Positions 49,344 to 58,945 of a stretch of 64,000 nucleotides of DNA are shown piece by piece. The notes below the pieces were generated by a model. That model was not told the DNA's origin. It saw nothing but the letters and a program-made list of their open reading frames with translations, and did not search any database. Source of the DNA: Candidatus Velesiimonas alkalicola (GTDB taxonomy: Bacteria; Omnitrophota; Gorgyraeia; Velesiimonadales; Velesiimonadaceae); NCBI GenBank assembly GCA_013626165.1, contig NDHX01000001.1, positions 36,817-100,816 on the forward strand. The letters run 5' to 3'. Position 1 is the first letter of the stretch. Each line of letters opens with the position of its first letter. The translations under genes were made by a program, and so were the position numbers.

Positions 49344-50783
49344 ATGGAAAGTAAATTTCAAACAGTTATAGGACTTGAGGTGCACCTTCAACTTTTAACA
49401 CTTAGCAAAATGTTCTGCGGGTGCAGCACACAGTTTGGGAATGCTCCTAACACACAAACCTGTCCTGTTTGTATAGGGCTTCCGGGGAGTCTTCCGGTAT
49501 TAAATAAGAAGACACTTGAATATGCAATAAAGGTGGGGATTGCCTTAAACTGTAAGATACACAACAGGCTCAAGTTTGACAGAAAGAATTATTTTTATCC
49601 CGACCTTTCTAAGAATTATCAAATCTCCCAGTATCAGATGCCTGTTGCCACAGACGGTTTTATTTACATTAAAGACAAAAAGATAGGCATAAAAAGAGTC
49701 CATTTAGAGGAAGATACAGGAAAACTTTTTCATGAAGGAATAACAGATGGAAGTCTTATAGATTTTAACAGATCCGGGATACCTCTTCTTGAGATTGTTT
49801 CTTTTCCTTCAATAAATTCCGCCTCTGAGGCATATCAATATCTTACAGAATTAAAGATGCTTTTAAAATATCTTGATGTCTCAGACTGTGATATGGAAAA
49901 GGGTTCTTTAAGATGCGATGCCAACATATCCATAATGCCAACAGGGGCAACGCAACTTGGGACAAAGGTTGAAATAAAGAATATGAATTCATTTAAAAAT
50001 GTAGAAAGGGCTATGGAATTTGAAACCAAAAGACAGATAAAGTGTATTCTTGAAGGACAAAAAATAATTCAGGAAACGCGTCTTTATGACCCTGATAAAA
50101 ATATTACACTTCCGATGAGGACAAAGGAAGAATCCCATGATTATAGATATTTCCCTGACCCTGACCTTGTTCCGTTTACAATATCTATTCAACACATACA
50201 AGAGATTAAAAATATTATTCCGGAACTCCCCCATGCAAAAAAGAAAAGATTTGTTCAACAATATAATATAACTGAGTACGACGCAGGTGTTTTAACTTCC
50301 GATAATATGTTAGCAGAATATTTTGAAAAGTGTGCCTCTTTTGGTGTAAATTCTAAGTATATTGCAAACTGGATGATGGGGGATTTACTGTCTATTGCAA
50401 ACCAGAAAGGGAAACATATTACAGACTTAAAATTAGAGCCTGAAAAACTTTCACAGATGATACAGATGATAGAAGACGGCAGAATAACAGGTAAGGTTGC
50501 AAAAGATGTCCTTATTCATATGATAGAAAAAGGAAAGTTCGCTATTGAAATTGTCCAGGAACACAACCTGGAACAGGTTCAGGACAGGACCGAGATTGAA
50601 AAATGGGTGAAAGAGGCAATACAGGAAAATAAGAAGTCTGTTTCAGACTATTTATCCGGTAAAAACAACGCCTTTATGTTTCTTGTAGGACAGGTTATAA
50701 AGAAAAGCAAAGGCAAGGCAAACCCAAATATTGTTCACAAGATATTAACAGATCTTATAAAGACTGGTGAATCGCCTTGTTAG
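49344..50783 (+). CDS. gatB: Asp-tRNA(Asn)/Glu-tRNA(Gln) amidotransferase subunit B
   Basis: GatB N-terminus MESKFQTVIGLEVHLQL and a YqeY-like C-terminal domain, 479 aa. Confidence 0.95.
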   Translation: MESKFQTVIGLEVHLQLLTLSKMFCGCSTQFGNAPNTQTCPVCIGLPGSLPVLNKKTLEYAIKVGIALNCKIHNRLKFDRKNYFYPDLSKNYQISQYQMPVATDGFIYIKDKKIGIKRVHLEEDTGKLFHEGITDGSLIDFNRSGIPLLEIVSFPSINSASEAYQYLTELKMLLKYLDVSDCDMEKGSLRCDANISIMPTGATQLGTKVEIKNMNSFKNVERAMEFETKRQIKCILEGQKIIQETRLYDPDKNITLPMRTKEESHDYRYFPDPDLVPFTISIQHIQEIKNIIPELPHAKKKRFVQQYNITEYDAGVLTSDNMLAEYFEKCASFGVNSKYIANWMMGDLLSIANQKGKHITDLKLEPEKLSQMIQMIEDGRITGKVAKDVLIHMIEKGKFAIEIVQEHNLEQVQDRTEIEKWVKEAIQENKKSVSDYLSGKNNAFMFLVGQVIKKSKGKANPNIVHKILTDLIKTGESPC

Positions 50784-50794
50784 ATAGCAACGGG

Positions 50795-50818
50795 TCGGGG
50801 AGTTTCCCGACCCGTCAT
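50795..50818. terminator. Perfect GC-rich hairpin CGGGTCGGG-GAGTTTC-CCGACCCG between the convergent genes gatB and the RND permease
   Basis: 9-bp perfect stem read from the sequence. There is no clean T-run, so its role as a bidirectional terminator is inferred. Confidence 0.4.
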
Positions 50819-50967
50819 CCTGAGGACTTTGACCCTAAACGAAGTGAAGAAGAAGGGGACGAAGAATCTCGTGAAACCCTTCAGCCCTTTAGGCTTCAGG
50901 ATGAACTTTCGGAAGAAAATAGAGTAAAAAAACTCCCCGAGGGTTCAAATAACTCTGTTATCTTTCG

Positions 50968-53900
50968 TTATCTAACAGAGCGAGAACCTCTATGTGCCAA
51001 GTCATCAAGAAGGCTATAAATAGTAGGAATAACAATAAGAGTAAGAAGAGTGGAGGCGAATAGGCCGCCGATGATAGCCACAGCCATAGCAGAGCGCACC
51101 TCTACGCCCATAGCCCGGCCCAGGGTAAGGGGAAGCATGGCTAACATAGTGGTGGAGGCGGTCATTAATATGGCACGTAGTCTTGTGCCCCCGGCCTGGA
51201 TAATAGCCTTATCGCGGCTTAAGCCTTTAGCCCGCAACTGGTTGATATAATCAATGAATACAATGGCATTATTGACCACAATGCCGGTAACCATAATCAT
51301 TCCAATAAAGGAGACCAGCGAGATGGTCTTACCGGTAACAAGAAGAGCCAGCACTACACCAATCAAAGCCAGAGGAACACTGAATATAATGGCAAAGGGA
51401 TGGATGAGAGATTCAAATTGGGCTGCCATAACCATATAGACCAAAAGAACAGCAAGGAGCAAAACAAAAAGAAGGCTGTAGAAAGTTTCTACCATGTCCT
51501 CATACTCACCGCCATACTCAATAAAGTAACCCGAGGGAATGGTTATTCCGGCTACCGCCCCTCGGACTTCATCCATAATCTCTCCTAAGTTGCGGCCGCT
51601 AAATTGGGCATTGACCTCAGCCACCCGCACCCTTTCCTCACGAAATATCGCTGCCGGGCCTCTTTCGGGATGAATCTTGGCCAATTCACCAAGATGAACG
51701 AGCGTCCCTCTGGGAGAAGGAACGGTAATCAGGCCAATATCGGTTAAGGTCTCTCTATCTTCTTCGCGCAGACGCAGGCGGATGTCTATCTCTTTCCCCG
51801 CCTCTCGGAAGCGGGTATCTACCCTACCCCTCATTGCCGTCTGCACGGCCTGAGCCACCTCAGCCACTCCTAATCCCTTTCGGGAAGCCCGTTCACGGTC
51901 AATTTTAATGGCAAGCTCAGGCTTTCCCGGTTTCAGGGTGGTATCTATACTATGAATTCCCTCAATACCTTTAATTCTCTCCATCACGGTCCGGGAGAGT
52001 TCTTCTAATACAACTAAATCCTTACCAAAGAGTTTTATATTTATGGGGGCCGCCCCGGCTCCACCCATTATTGCCGCCGGACCAAACTCGATAAAGGAGG
52101 TGCTTAAGCCCTCTATATCCTGGGGGAGGCGAGAGCGAATCTCAGTCAGAATCTCCTCTGTTGAACGCTTTCTCTCTTCTTTTTTTAATAGTTCTCCCAT
52201 AAGCTGGGCCTCATTCACCCCTGTAATCCCAAAACCAAAAGCTAAGTCTAACTCGCCCCCGGGATGAAGACCAACAAAGACACCTGAGGCTTCTATCTCA
52301 GGAATATCAGCAATGATTGCCTCTACTGTCTGAACTACTCTGTTTGTCTCAGGCAAAGAGGTATCTACCGGCATCCGCAGAGTCCCTATGTAAATTCCAC
52401 TGTCCATCCGGGGTATGAATTCAGTGCCGACAAGCAGGAGAAGTCCTAAACTGAGGACGAAGATAGCCGCCGCAGTAAGGATTACCTTTGCCCGATGCTT
52501 AAGTGCCAGGGCGAGAACCCTCATATATCTTTCTTTAAAACCAGCAAACCATCCGCCGGTTTCTTTTTCCTTTACAACTTTTTTTTCATTGTTTTTTAAG
52601 AGTTTGGAGGCTACCATAGGCACCAGAGTTAGGGCAACAAATAAAGAAACAATCAGGGCTGAGCCTACGGTTACTCCCAACGCTTGTGCCATTTTTCCTG
52701 CTATTCCCGTAGCATATGCCATAGGAAGAAAGACAACTACGGTAGTTAGTGTAGAGGCAGAAATAGCCATTGCTACTTCACTTGTCCCTATCTGTGCCGC
52801 TTCTTTTGGTTCCTTGCCCTCTTTAAGGTGCCGAAAGATATTTTCAATAACCACAATGGCATTATCAAGCAGCATCCCAACGGCTAATGCCAGGCCTCCT
52901 AAGGTCATCATATTTAGTGTATAACCGAGGGAGTAGATGGGGATAAAAGTAGCCAGTCCCGCCAAGGGGATAGCAAGAGCAATAGTAATTGTAGGACGAA
53001 GTTTTCGCAAGAAGAGAAAAAGGACAAATATTGCGGCCAGGCCTCCCCAGAGACCACTGCTTACCACCCCGGATATGGAAGCCCGGATAAACTTTGCCTG
53101 GTTAAAGAGTTCATGTAGTCTGATATCTGCAGGCAGGTCTTTTTTTAGCCGGATGAGCTCTTCTTCTACCCGCTGGGCAATGCGAACTGTATTGGCCCCG
53201 GATTCTCTATTTATGGCAATCAAGAGACCATCCCGCCTGTCTACCCGCGAGTGCCCACGCAACTCCTTATGGGTATCGGAAATAACGGCAATGTCCTCAA
53301 GATAGATGGGTTTTCCTTCCCTTAAGGAAACTACCGTCCTTCTTATCTCATACAGACCCTCAAATTCACCTACGGTGCGCACTAAAAATTCCCGGGGCCC
53401 TTCAATTAAGTGTCCTGCGGGAAGATTGAGATTCTCTCTTTCTAACGCTTGTGCTATCTCAAAGAGAGACAGGTTATGCGCTTCCAATCTACTTCCATCA
53501 ACCTCTACTAAAAACTCCCGCTCCAGACCTCCGAAGAGCATTACCGAGGCTACCCCCTCTATCCGCTCCAAACGAGGCTTTATAACATCATCTATTAAGT
53601 CCCTTAAGTCAAAGAGGTCGCGCTCCCCGGTAATTCCAAACATCATAATCGGCCACATCGCTAAATCAAACTTAATCACCAGAGGTCTTTTCATATCTTC
53701 GGGCAGAAAGACTTCAATAAGACTTATCGCCTCTCTCATATCCTGGGCGGCAAAGTCCAGGTTGGTCCCCCAGACAAATTCCGCCATTACTACGGAAATC
53801 CCTTCATAAGAGACGCTACGTATCTTCTTAACCCCGCTTACTGTGGCTACCACCTCTTCAATAGGCTTGGTAACCAACTCCTCCATATCCTCCGGGACCA

Positions 53901-54060
53901 CCCCGGGATAGGTACTTACCACCGAGACCATGGGGTATTCAATATCAGGGAACATATCAATGCCCAAACGACTCAGAGAAATTGCCCCCAAAAGAACAAC
54001 CACCATAATAAGCATGGTAATGGCTACGGGACGGCGGACGGAAAAATTAGGAAGAAACAT
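50968..54060 (-). CDS. RND-family efflux permease (HAE1/AcrB-like)
   Basis: 1030 aa with 12 transmembrane segments and two large periplasmic loops. Conserved AcrB N-terminus FSVRRPV... Notably higher GC than the backbone. Confidence 0.9.
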   Translation of the reverse strand: MFLPNFSVRRPVAITMLIMVVVLLGAISLSRLGIDMFPDIEYPMVSVVSTYPGVVPEDMEELVTKPIEEVVATVSGVKKIRSVSYEGISVVMAEFVWGTNLDFAAQDMREAISLIEVFLPEDMKRPLVIKFDLAMWPIMMFGITGERDLFDLRDLIDDVIKPRLERIEGVASVMLFGGLEREFLVEVDGSRLEAHNLSLFEIAQALERENLNLPAGHLIEGPREFLVRTVGEFEGLYEIRRTVVSLREGKPIYLEDIAVISDTHKELRGHSRVDRRDGLLIAINRESGANTVRIAQRVEEELIRLKKDLPADIRLHELFNQAKFIRASISGVVSSGLWGGLAAIFVLFLFLRKLRPTITIALAIPLAGLATFIPIYSLGYTLNMMTLGGLALAVGMLLDNAIVVIENIFRHLKEGKEPKEAAQIGTSEVAMAISASTLTTVVVFLPMAYATGIAGKMAQALGVTVGSALIVSLFVALTLVPMVASKLLKNNEKKVVKEKETGGWFAGFKERYMRVLALALKHRAKVILTAAAIFVLSLGLLLLVGTEFIPRMDSGIYIGTLRMPVDTSLPETNRVVQTVEAIIADIPEIEASGVFVGLHPGGELDLAFGFGITGVNEAQLMGELLKKEERKRSTEEILTEIRSRLPQDIEGLSTSFIEFGPAAIMGGAGAAPINIKLFGKDLVVLEELSRTVMERIKGIEGIHSIDTTLKPGKPELAIKIDRERASRKGLGVAEVAQAVQTAMRGRVDTRFREAGKEIDIRLRLREEDRETLTDIGLITVPSPRGTLVHLGELAKIHPERGPAAIFREERVRVAEVNAQFSGRNLGEIMDEVRGAVAGITIPSGYFIEYGGEYEDMVETFYSLLFVLLLAVLLVYMVMAAQFESLIHPFAIIFSVPLALIGVVLALLVTGKTISLVSFIGMIMVTGIVVNNAIVFIDYINQLRAKGLSRDKAIIQAGGTRLRAILMTASTTMLAMLPLTLGRAMGVEVRSAMAVAIIGGLFASTLLTLIVIPTIYSLLDDLAHRGSRSVR

Positions 54061-54128
54061 TTTTAAACCTCCGGTTTAAACCAAAAATCCAAACGGCGAA
54101 TCTCAAATGACAAAATCCAAATCATTTG

Positions 54129-55037
54129 TCATTTGACATTTACCCTTGCTCCATCTTTAAGACCGAAATGGCCTCCAATGATTACCCTATCTTGAGGCTC
54201 AACCCCTGAGACAATCTCCATACTATCTTTGGTAACTATTCCGGTCTGTACTTTTCTTATTTTAGCCACGGAGTCCTCTACTACATAGACTATTTCCTGG
54301 CTATCTTTTACTAAAACGGCATCCCGGGGAACAATGAGCACATCTTGACGCTTATTAGTAATAAGTTTTACCCGGGCAAACATCCCTGGTTTTAGTTTAT
54401 GTTCCGGATTATCAATAGTTATTTCTACCGGCGCCCGGCGCAAGACAATATCAACCACTGGACTTACGATGAAAACCTCCCCCTTAAAGACCTCCTCGGG
54501 ATAGGCATCCAGGCGCACCTCGGCATTTTGACCTCTAACTATTTTTGGCAAATCCCTCTCCGGCACATCTACCCGAATTTTAACCCTATCCATATTTATT
54601 ATAAGAGCTAGCGGGTTCTGGGAAGTGACACTCATTCCTCTATCTATATAGACTCTGCCTACCACTCCATCAATGGGCGACTCTACAGGAGCCTTCTCAA
54701 ATTCAAAACCTACTACATCGCGGTCAATAAGAAAAAGGGTATCTCCTTTCTTTGCTAAATCACCCTCTCTGACGAGTTTTTCTACAATCTTACCAGGGAC
54801 TTTAGGAAAAATAGTTACCTCATCCTCAGCCTTTATGTCACCCACAAAAGAGAGTGTCTCTCTCATAGTGCCTTTTTCTACCTCAGCCACCTTCACATAA
54901 ACAGGCATTCTTTCCTTCTCAATAACCTCTTCTCCTTCCCTGCCACAACCGGTTAAGAACAGAGAACAGAGGGCAGAGAAGAGAAAACAGAAAAACCTAA
55001 CTTTTGATTTCTGACTTCTAATGTGTAGAGTAGACAT
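54129..55037 (-). CDS. RND efflux periplasmic adaptor (membrane fusion protein, HlyD/AcrA family)
   Basis: Lipobox LTGC, with biotinyl-lipoyl and beta-barrel MFP domains. Confidence 0.85.
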   Translation of the reverse strand: MSTLHIRSQKSKVRFFCFLFSALCSLFLTGCGREGEEVIEKERMPVYVKVAEVEKGTMRETLSFVGDIKAEDEVTIFPKVPGKIVEKLVREGDLAKKGDTLFLIDRDVVGFEFEKAPVESPIDGVVGRVYIDRGMSVTSQNPLALIINMDRVKIRVDVPERDLPKIVRGQNAEVRLDAYPEEVFKGEVFIVSPVVDIVLRRAPVEITIDNPEHKLKPGMFARVKLITNKRQDVLIVPRDAVLVKDSQEIVYVVEDSVAKIRKVQTGIVTKDSMEIVSGVEPQDRVIIGGHFGLKDGARVNVK

Positions 55038-55129
55038 TTTAACAACCTCCTTATCCCCCTCCGAAAGAACCTTCCCCCTCTCCTTAATCCTCTCCCCATA
55101 GAGGGAGAGGGAAGGGTGAGGGGATCCAT

Positions 55130-56473
55130 TTACTCTCCTCCTGTAACATAATCCAATTTAGCCCTGGCTACTATAAAATCATAAAGACTCTGGGCATAAT
55201 TTAGCTGAGCCGTTGATAAGGCAACCCGGGCATCCAACAAGTCTAATTGCATCGCTTCACCCCGAATATGCCTGTGTCTTATAATCTCATATGCCTTTTC
55301 AGCTCGGATTATATTCACTTTTTGAGCCTCTACAATTCTCCGGGCAGATTCTAAATCCAAAATAGTATTTTTTACTTCAATTTTTATATTATCAGTTAGT
55401 TTATTCCTTAAGATGCGGACCCTTTCCTTTCTAACTCCTGCCTCCTTTACTTTTGCGCGGGTTAAAAAACCATCAAATATAGGCATGCTTACGGAAACAG
55501 TGGCTACCCAGTAATCATCATATTCTCCTCTACCCACAGTGAATGCCTCTTTCTGATTGGCAAAATTGGTAAAATTAAGCCCCACCTGAGGCAGATACCC
55601 TGAAAAAGCCACTCGAACTTGCGCCTCGGCTGCTTCTTCCTGCAAAATCATCTCTTTTAATGCTGGCCTTATCTGTAGGGCCCGGGCAAGTTTTTCTTCT
55701 AAGTTAATTTCCTCCTCTAAGATATAATCAAACTCTCCTTTTATTTTGATTTCCCGGGCCGGCGAAATTCCCACTAAAATTTTCAAGAAATTATAAGAGG
55801 TCTTGAGAAAGTTTTCTGCCTTTATGAGCTGAGGTCTAATATTGGCTACCTCAACCTCACTTCTTAAAACCTCATAATGCGATGCCTCTCCTTTTCGGAA
55901 ACGTTTTTCCGTTACCACCAGACTCTCTTCGGCCAATCCCAGGGTCTTTTTTCTAATCTGCACAAACTCTTCAGCCAGCAGGATACCGTAGAAGGCCTGT
56001 TTTGTTTGGAAGACAATTTTGTTCTCCATCTCTTTTTGGCTTTCCTTTGTTGCCCTTAAATCCTTGCGGGCTGAATCTATAGTATTAGCCACTCTTCCTC
56101 CTGCAAAGAGCAATTGGTCTACGGAAAAACTATAACCACGATTATCTTCAAAAGGAATAAAAGGGTGGTTCTCATAACGGGCATAATAGGCACTGCCCCT
56201 TATAGACGGGAAAATAGCCGAATGAGCCTGAGTAAGCCGGGCAGAAGCCTCTTTTATCTCTTCTTTTTTAGCCAAAATATCGTGATTATTCTTCAGGGCA
56301 AGCTCTATAGCCTTTTCTTTAGATAAAATTATAACTTCTTTGTCAGCGCTCATATCTCTGCTATCAACTTTGTCGGTGGCTTTCTCTGATAAAGCAAAAC
56401 AAGTTTGCGGCAAAAACAAAAGAGGAAGAATCAGGATAAGATAACTGGCCTTTTTTTTATTATGTAGATTCAT
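55130..56473 (-). CDS. TolC-family outer-membrane efflux protein
   Basis: Signal peptide, and two internal repeats of the OEP alpha-helical/beta-barrel repeat, 447 aa. Confidence 0.85.
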   Translation of the reverse strand: MNLHNKKKASYLILILPLLFLPQTCFALSEKATDKVDSRDMSADKEVIILSKEKAIELALKNNHDILAKKEEIKEASARLTQAHSAIFPSIRGSAYYARYENHPFIPFEDNRGYSFSVDQLLFAGGRVANTIDSARKDLRATKESQKEMENKIVFQTKQAFYGILLAEEFVQIRKKTLGLAEESLVVTEKRFRKGEASHYEVLRSEVEVANIRPQLIKAENFLKTSYNFLKILVGISPAREIKIKGEFDYILEEEINLEEKLARALQIRPALKEMILQEEAAEAQVRVAFSGYLPQVGLNFTNFANQKEAFTVGRGEYDDYWVATVSVSMPIFDGFLTRAKVKEAGVRKERVRILRNKLTDNIKIEVKNTILDLESARRIVEAQKVNIIRAEKAYEIIRHRHIRGEAMQLDLLDARVALSTAQLNYAQSLYDFIVARAKLDYVTGGE

Positions 56474-57090
56474 TTCTTTACCTCACACTTTATCCCTTCA
56501 GAAATTATTGTCAAGACAACATTTCTTATTCCCTTTAAGGGAAATTCTTTGCTGTCGGTAACCCAGCGAATCATCAAGCCATCAAGAGTGGCTAAAATTA
56601 CCGAAGCGGCACGATCTGGTTTTAGGTCTTTCCTGAATACGCCGGCCGTTATCCCTTCTTTGATATAAGAGGAAAGCGTCTTTTTGTAATCCTTATAAAT
56701 CTGTCGCATCTTTAAAATAAGCGGGCTTTCCTTCTTTCTTTTTCTTATCCGGGGCCATATTTCCAAAAAGACAAGACAGAAGTCTTTAAACTCTTCAAAA
56801 CTTGAAATGCTGAGATTGATAAATTCTTTAATCCTTTGCCCGGGTTCACTTATTAAAGAAACTTTCTTAATACAGGTGTTCTTAAATTCATCCATAAAAT
56901 ATGAGCATAACTCCAAAAACAGTTTTTCCTTACCCGAGAAATATTCATAGATAGTGCCCTTGCCCATATCGGCTGCTCTGGCAATCTCATCCATTCGGCT
57001 TGGGTAAAATCCTTTTTTAGAGAACACTCTTAAAGCAGCATTAAAAATTCTTTCCCTCTTCTTTTTCTTATCAACAACAATTGGCGACAT
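56470..57090 (-). CDS. TetR/AcrR-family transcriptional regulator
   Basis: N-terminal HTH (IARAADMGKGTIYEYF). Overlaps the tolC start, so it is the first gene of the operon. Confidence 0.85.
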   Translation of the reverse strand: MSPIVVDKKKKRERIFNAALRVFSKKGFYPSRMDEIARAADMGKGTIYEYFSGKEKLFLELCSYFMDEFKNTCIKKVSLISEPGQRIKEFINLSISSFEEFKDFCLVFLEIWPRIRKRKKESPLILKMRQIYKDYKKTLSSYIKEGITAGVFRKDLKPDRAASVILATLDGLMIRWVTDSKEFPLKGIRNVVLTIISEGIKCEVKK

Positions 57091-57550
57091 AAAAAGACTC
57101 TCCTTTTTCGTAGTCTACAATGACCGTCTGGTCAGTCACTATAACTATACACAAAATCCGCTTCCCTGTCAAGTATTATTTTTTTTCTCTCATAATTTTT
57201 TTCTCCCCCCCCCTGCATTATTACTCTTTCTGCTATTTCTCATTATACACAGTAGCAAAACTTATAGCTATATCGTCGGTAAACCTTGTTAGAAAGTCCG
57301 GAAATATCCTTATATCCGAAACTTCACAAAACTTTTAAAAAAGCTTCGTAACCACAGATTACAAAAACCCGAGGACACAGATTTTCTTTTGAAGTAATCT
57401 GGGTAATCTGCCTGTTAATCTGTGTGATCAAGTATAGAAAGTGGTTTATACTTTCCTATACTTCAAGAAATCACTTGACACCAAAGATATTAATCGGTAT
57501 ACTAATAAATAGTTAGGCACACGAAGTTTTAATTAATTATAGGGGTTCTC

Positions 57551-58015
57551 ATGAAAAAAGAGGAAGTAAGCAGATTTATTTCACAATTGGATGATTTGCT
57601 CCCCACTTTAATCAAACATTTTCAGATTTCCAATCCTTATAAATTATTTAGAGTTAAGATTACATTGCAGCAGTACTTAACACTGAATGCACTGGCTAAG
57701 AGTGGTAAGTGCATGGTAAGCGAATTAAGTAAAACTATGAATGTGGCTTTAAGCACAATGACCGAATTAATCAACCGCTTAGCAAAAAGAGGCTTTATCT
57801 GCAAGAATAGAGATATAAAAGATAATCGTATAGTCTGGGTTAATTTAACCAATAAAGGGCAGGAGATCTTTCACAGTATGACAAAAAAGAAACAGAAGCA
57901 TATCTCTGACATCTTAGGGAAATTAGTCCATATTGAGCGTCAGACTCTAATTGATATATTAAAAACAGTCTCTCGGGCTGCTAATGAAATAGGAATGCAG
58001 AAGATTAATGGCTAA
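57551..58015 (+). CDS. MarR-family transcriptional regulator
   Basis: Winged-helix MarR core (LTLQQYLTLNALAKSGKCMVSELSKTMNVALSTMTELINRL). Confidence 0.8.
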   Translation: MKKEEVSRFISQLDDLLPTLIKHFQISNPYKLFRVKITLQQYLTLNALAKSGKCMVSELSKTMNVALSTMTELINRLAKRGFICKNRDIKDNRIVWVNLTNKGQEIFHSMTKKKQKHISDILGKLVHIERQTLIDILKTVSRAANEIGMQKING

Positions 58016-58038
58016 AATTTTTTAACACGATAGTTCGT

Positions 58039-58940
58039 ATGACGAACCATCTGAATATGGATTTATTAATGAGACAAAAACGCGTGCTTTTTCTTACAAC
58101 ATCTACAGGCTCCGGACATATGAGAGCCGGTGAGGCTATAAGAGAAACTCTTTGCGGAATAAGTTCTGAGCTCAAATCAAAGGGAGAGATTTCTGCCTCG
58201 TTAATAGCCGTAATAACCGATTTTGATGCTCATCCTTATTGGTTCAGCAAATATGTTGATGAATTTATTATACCTACAGAAGAGATGAAAGAGGAATTTA
58301 TCAGCTATGGAATAGAAGCGAATAGAATACATGCCTTTGGGATTCCAATTCATCCAGGTTTTTCCAAAACGCAAAATAAACTGGCTTTAAAAACAAAACT
58401 TGGAATGAGAAAAGATTTACCTACTATTCTTGTAATGGGTGGAGGCTGGGGATTAGGTCCTATTGAGAAAATAGTTCAGCATCTGAATGGTTCAAAAATG
58501 GCGCTTCAACTCATTATTGTGGCAGGGAAGAATGAAGCCTTATATGATAAACTCAAGAAAATTTCACCCGAGCCAAATATCTCCATTAAAAATTTCGGTT
58601 ATGTTAATAACATTGATGAACTTATGGAAATATCCGATATAGCTATAACTAAGCCGGGAGGACTTGTTGCTTCTGAATTGCTGACTAAGGGTCTGCCGGC
58701 TGTTCTGATAGATGTTATAGATGGTCAGGAGAGGGCAAACGGCAATTATTTGATAAGTAAGGGAGTAGCATGCAGAATAAAAAAATAAACCGGCTTGAAG
58801 ACACAGTCCGGAGATTATTAAACAATCCTTTGGAACTAAACCGGATGAGAGCAAAGGCAAAAGCAGTGGCCAAACCATTTGCTGCTGCGCATACAGCAAA
58901 ATTAATTATAGATATTATTAATGAAAACAAAGGAGGGTAA
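58039..58940 (+). pseudogene. GT28-family lipid glycosyltransferase (MGDG-synthase/UgtP-like), disrupted by an N-domain deletion and a frameshift at a poly-A tract
   Basis: The N-terminus (RVLFLTTSTGSGHMRAGEAI) and the FIIPTEEMKEEFISYGI motif are GT28-like, but about 80 residues of the N-domain are missing. The frame ends at AAAAAAA (58781-58787) and the conserved C-terminus (LEDTVRRLLNNPLELNRMRAKAKAVAKP...) continues in the +1 frame to 58940. Confidence 0.6.
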
Positions 58941-58945
58941 TAAAA

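Noticed and set aside
50777-51019. 80-aa plus-strand ORF (acidic, MLDSNGSGSFPTRHPEDFDPKRSEEEGDEE...)
   Set aside because: It overlaps the gatB stop, the GC hairpin and the 3' end of the RND permease on the opposite strand. There is no RBS. It is most likely non-coding spacer with a terminator structure.
52415-53809. Several 120-170 aa plus-strand ORFs inside the RND permease gene
   Set aside because: Antisense ORFs in high-GC coding DNA arise from stop-codon depletion. They are Arg/Ser/Pro-rich with no motifs, whereas the minus-strand 1030-aa RND protein is unambiguous.
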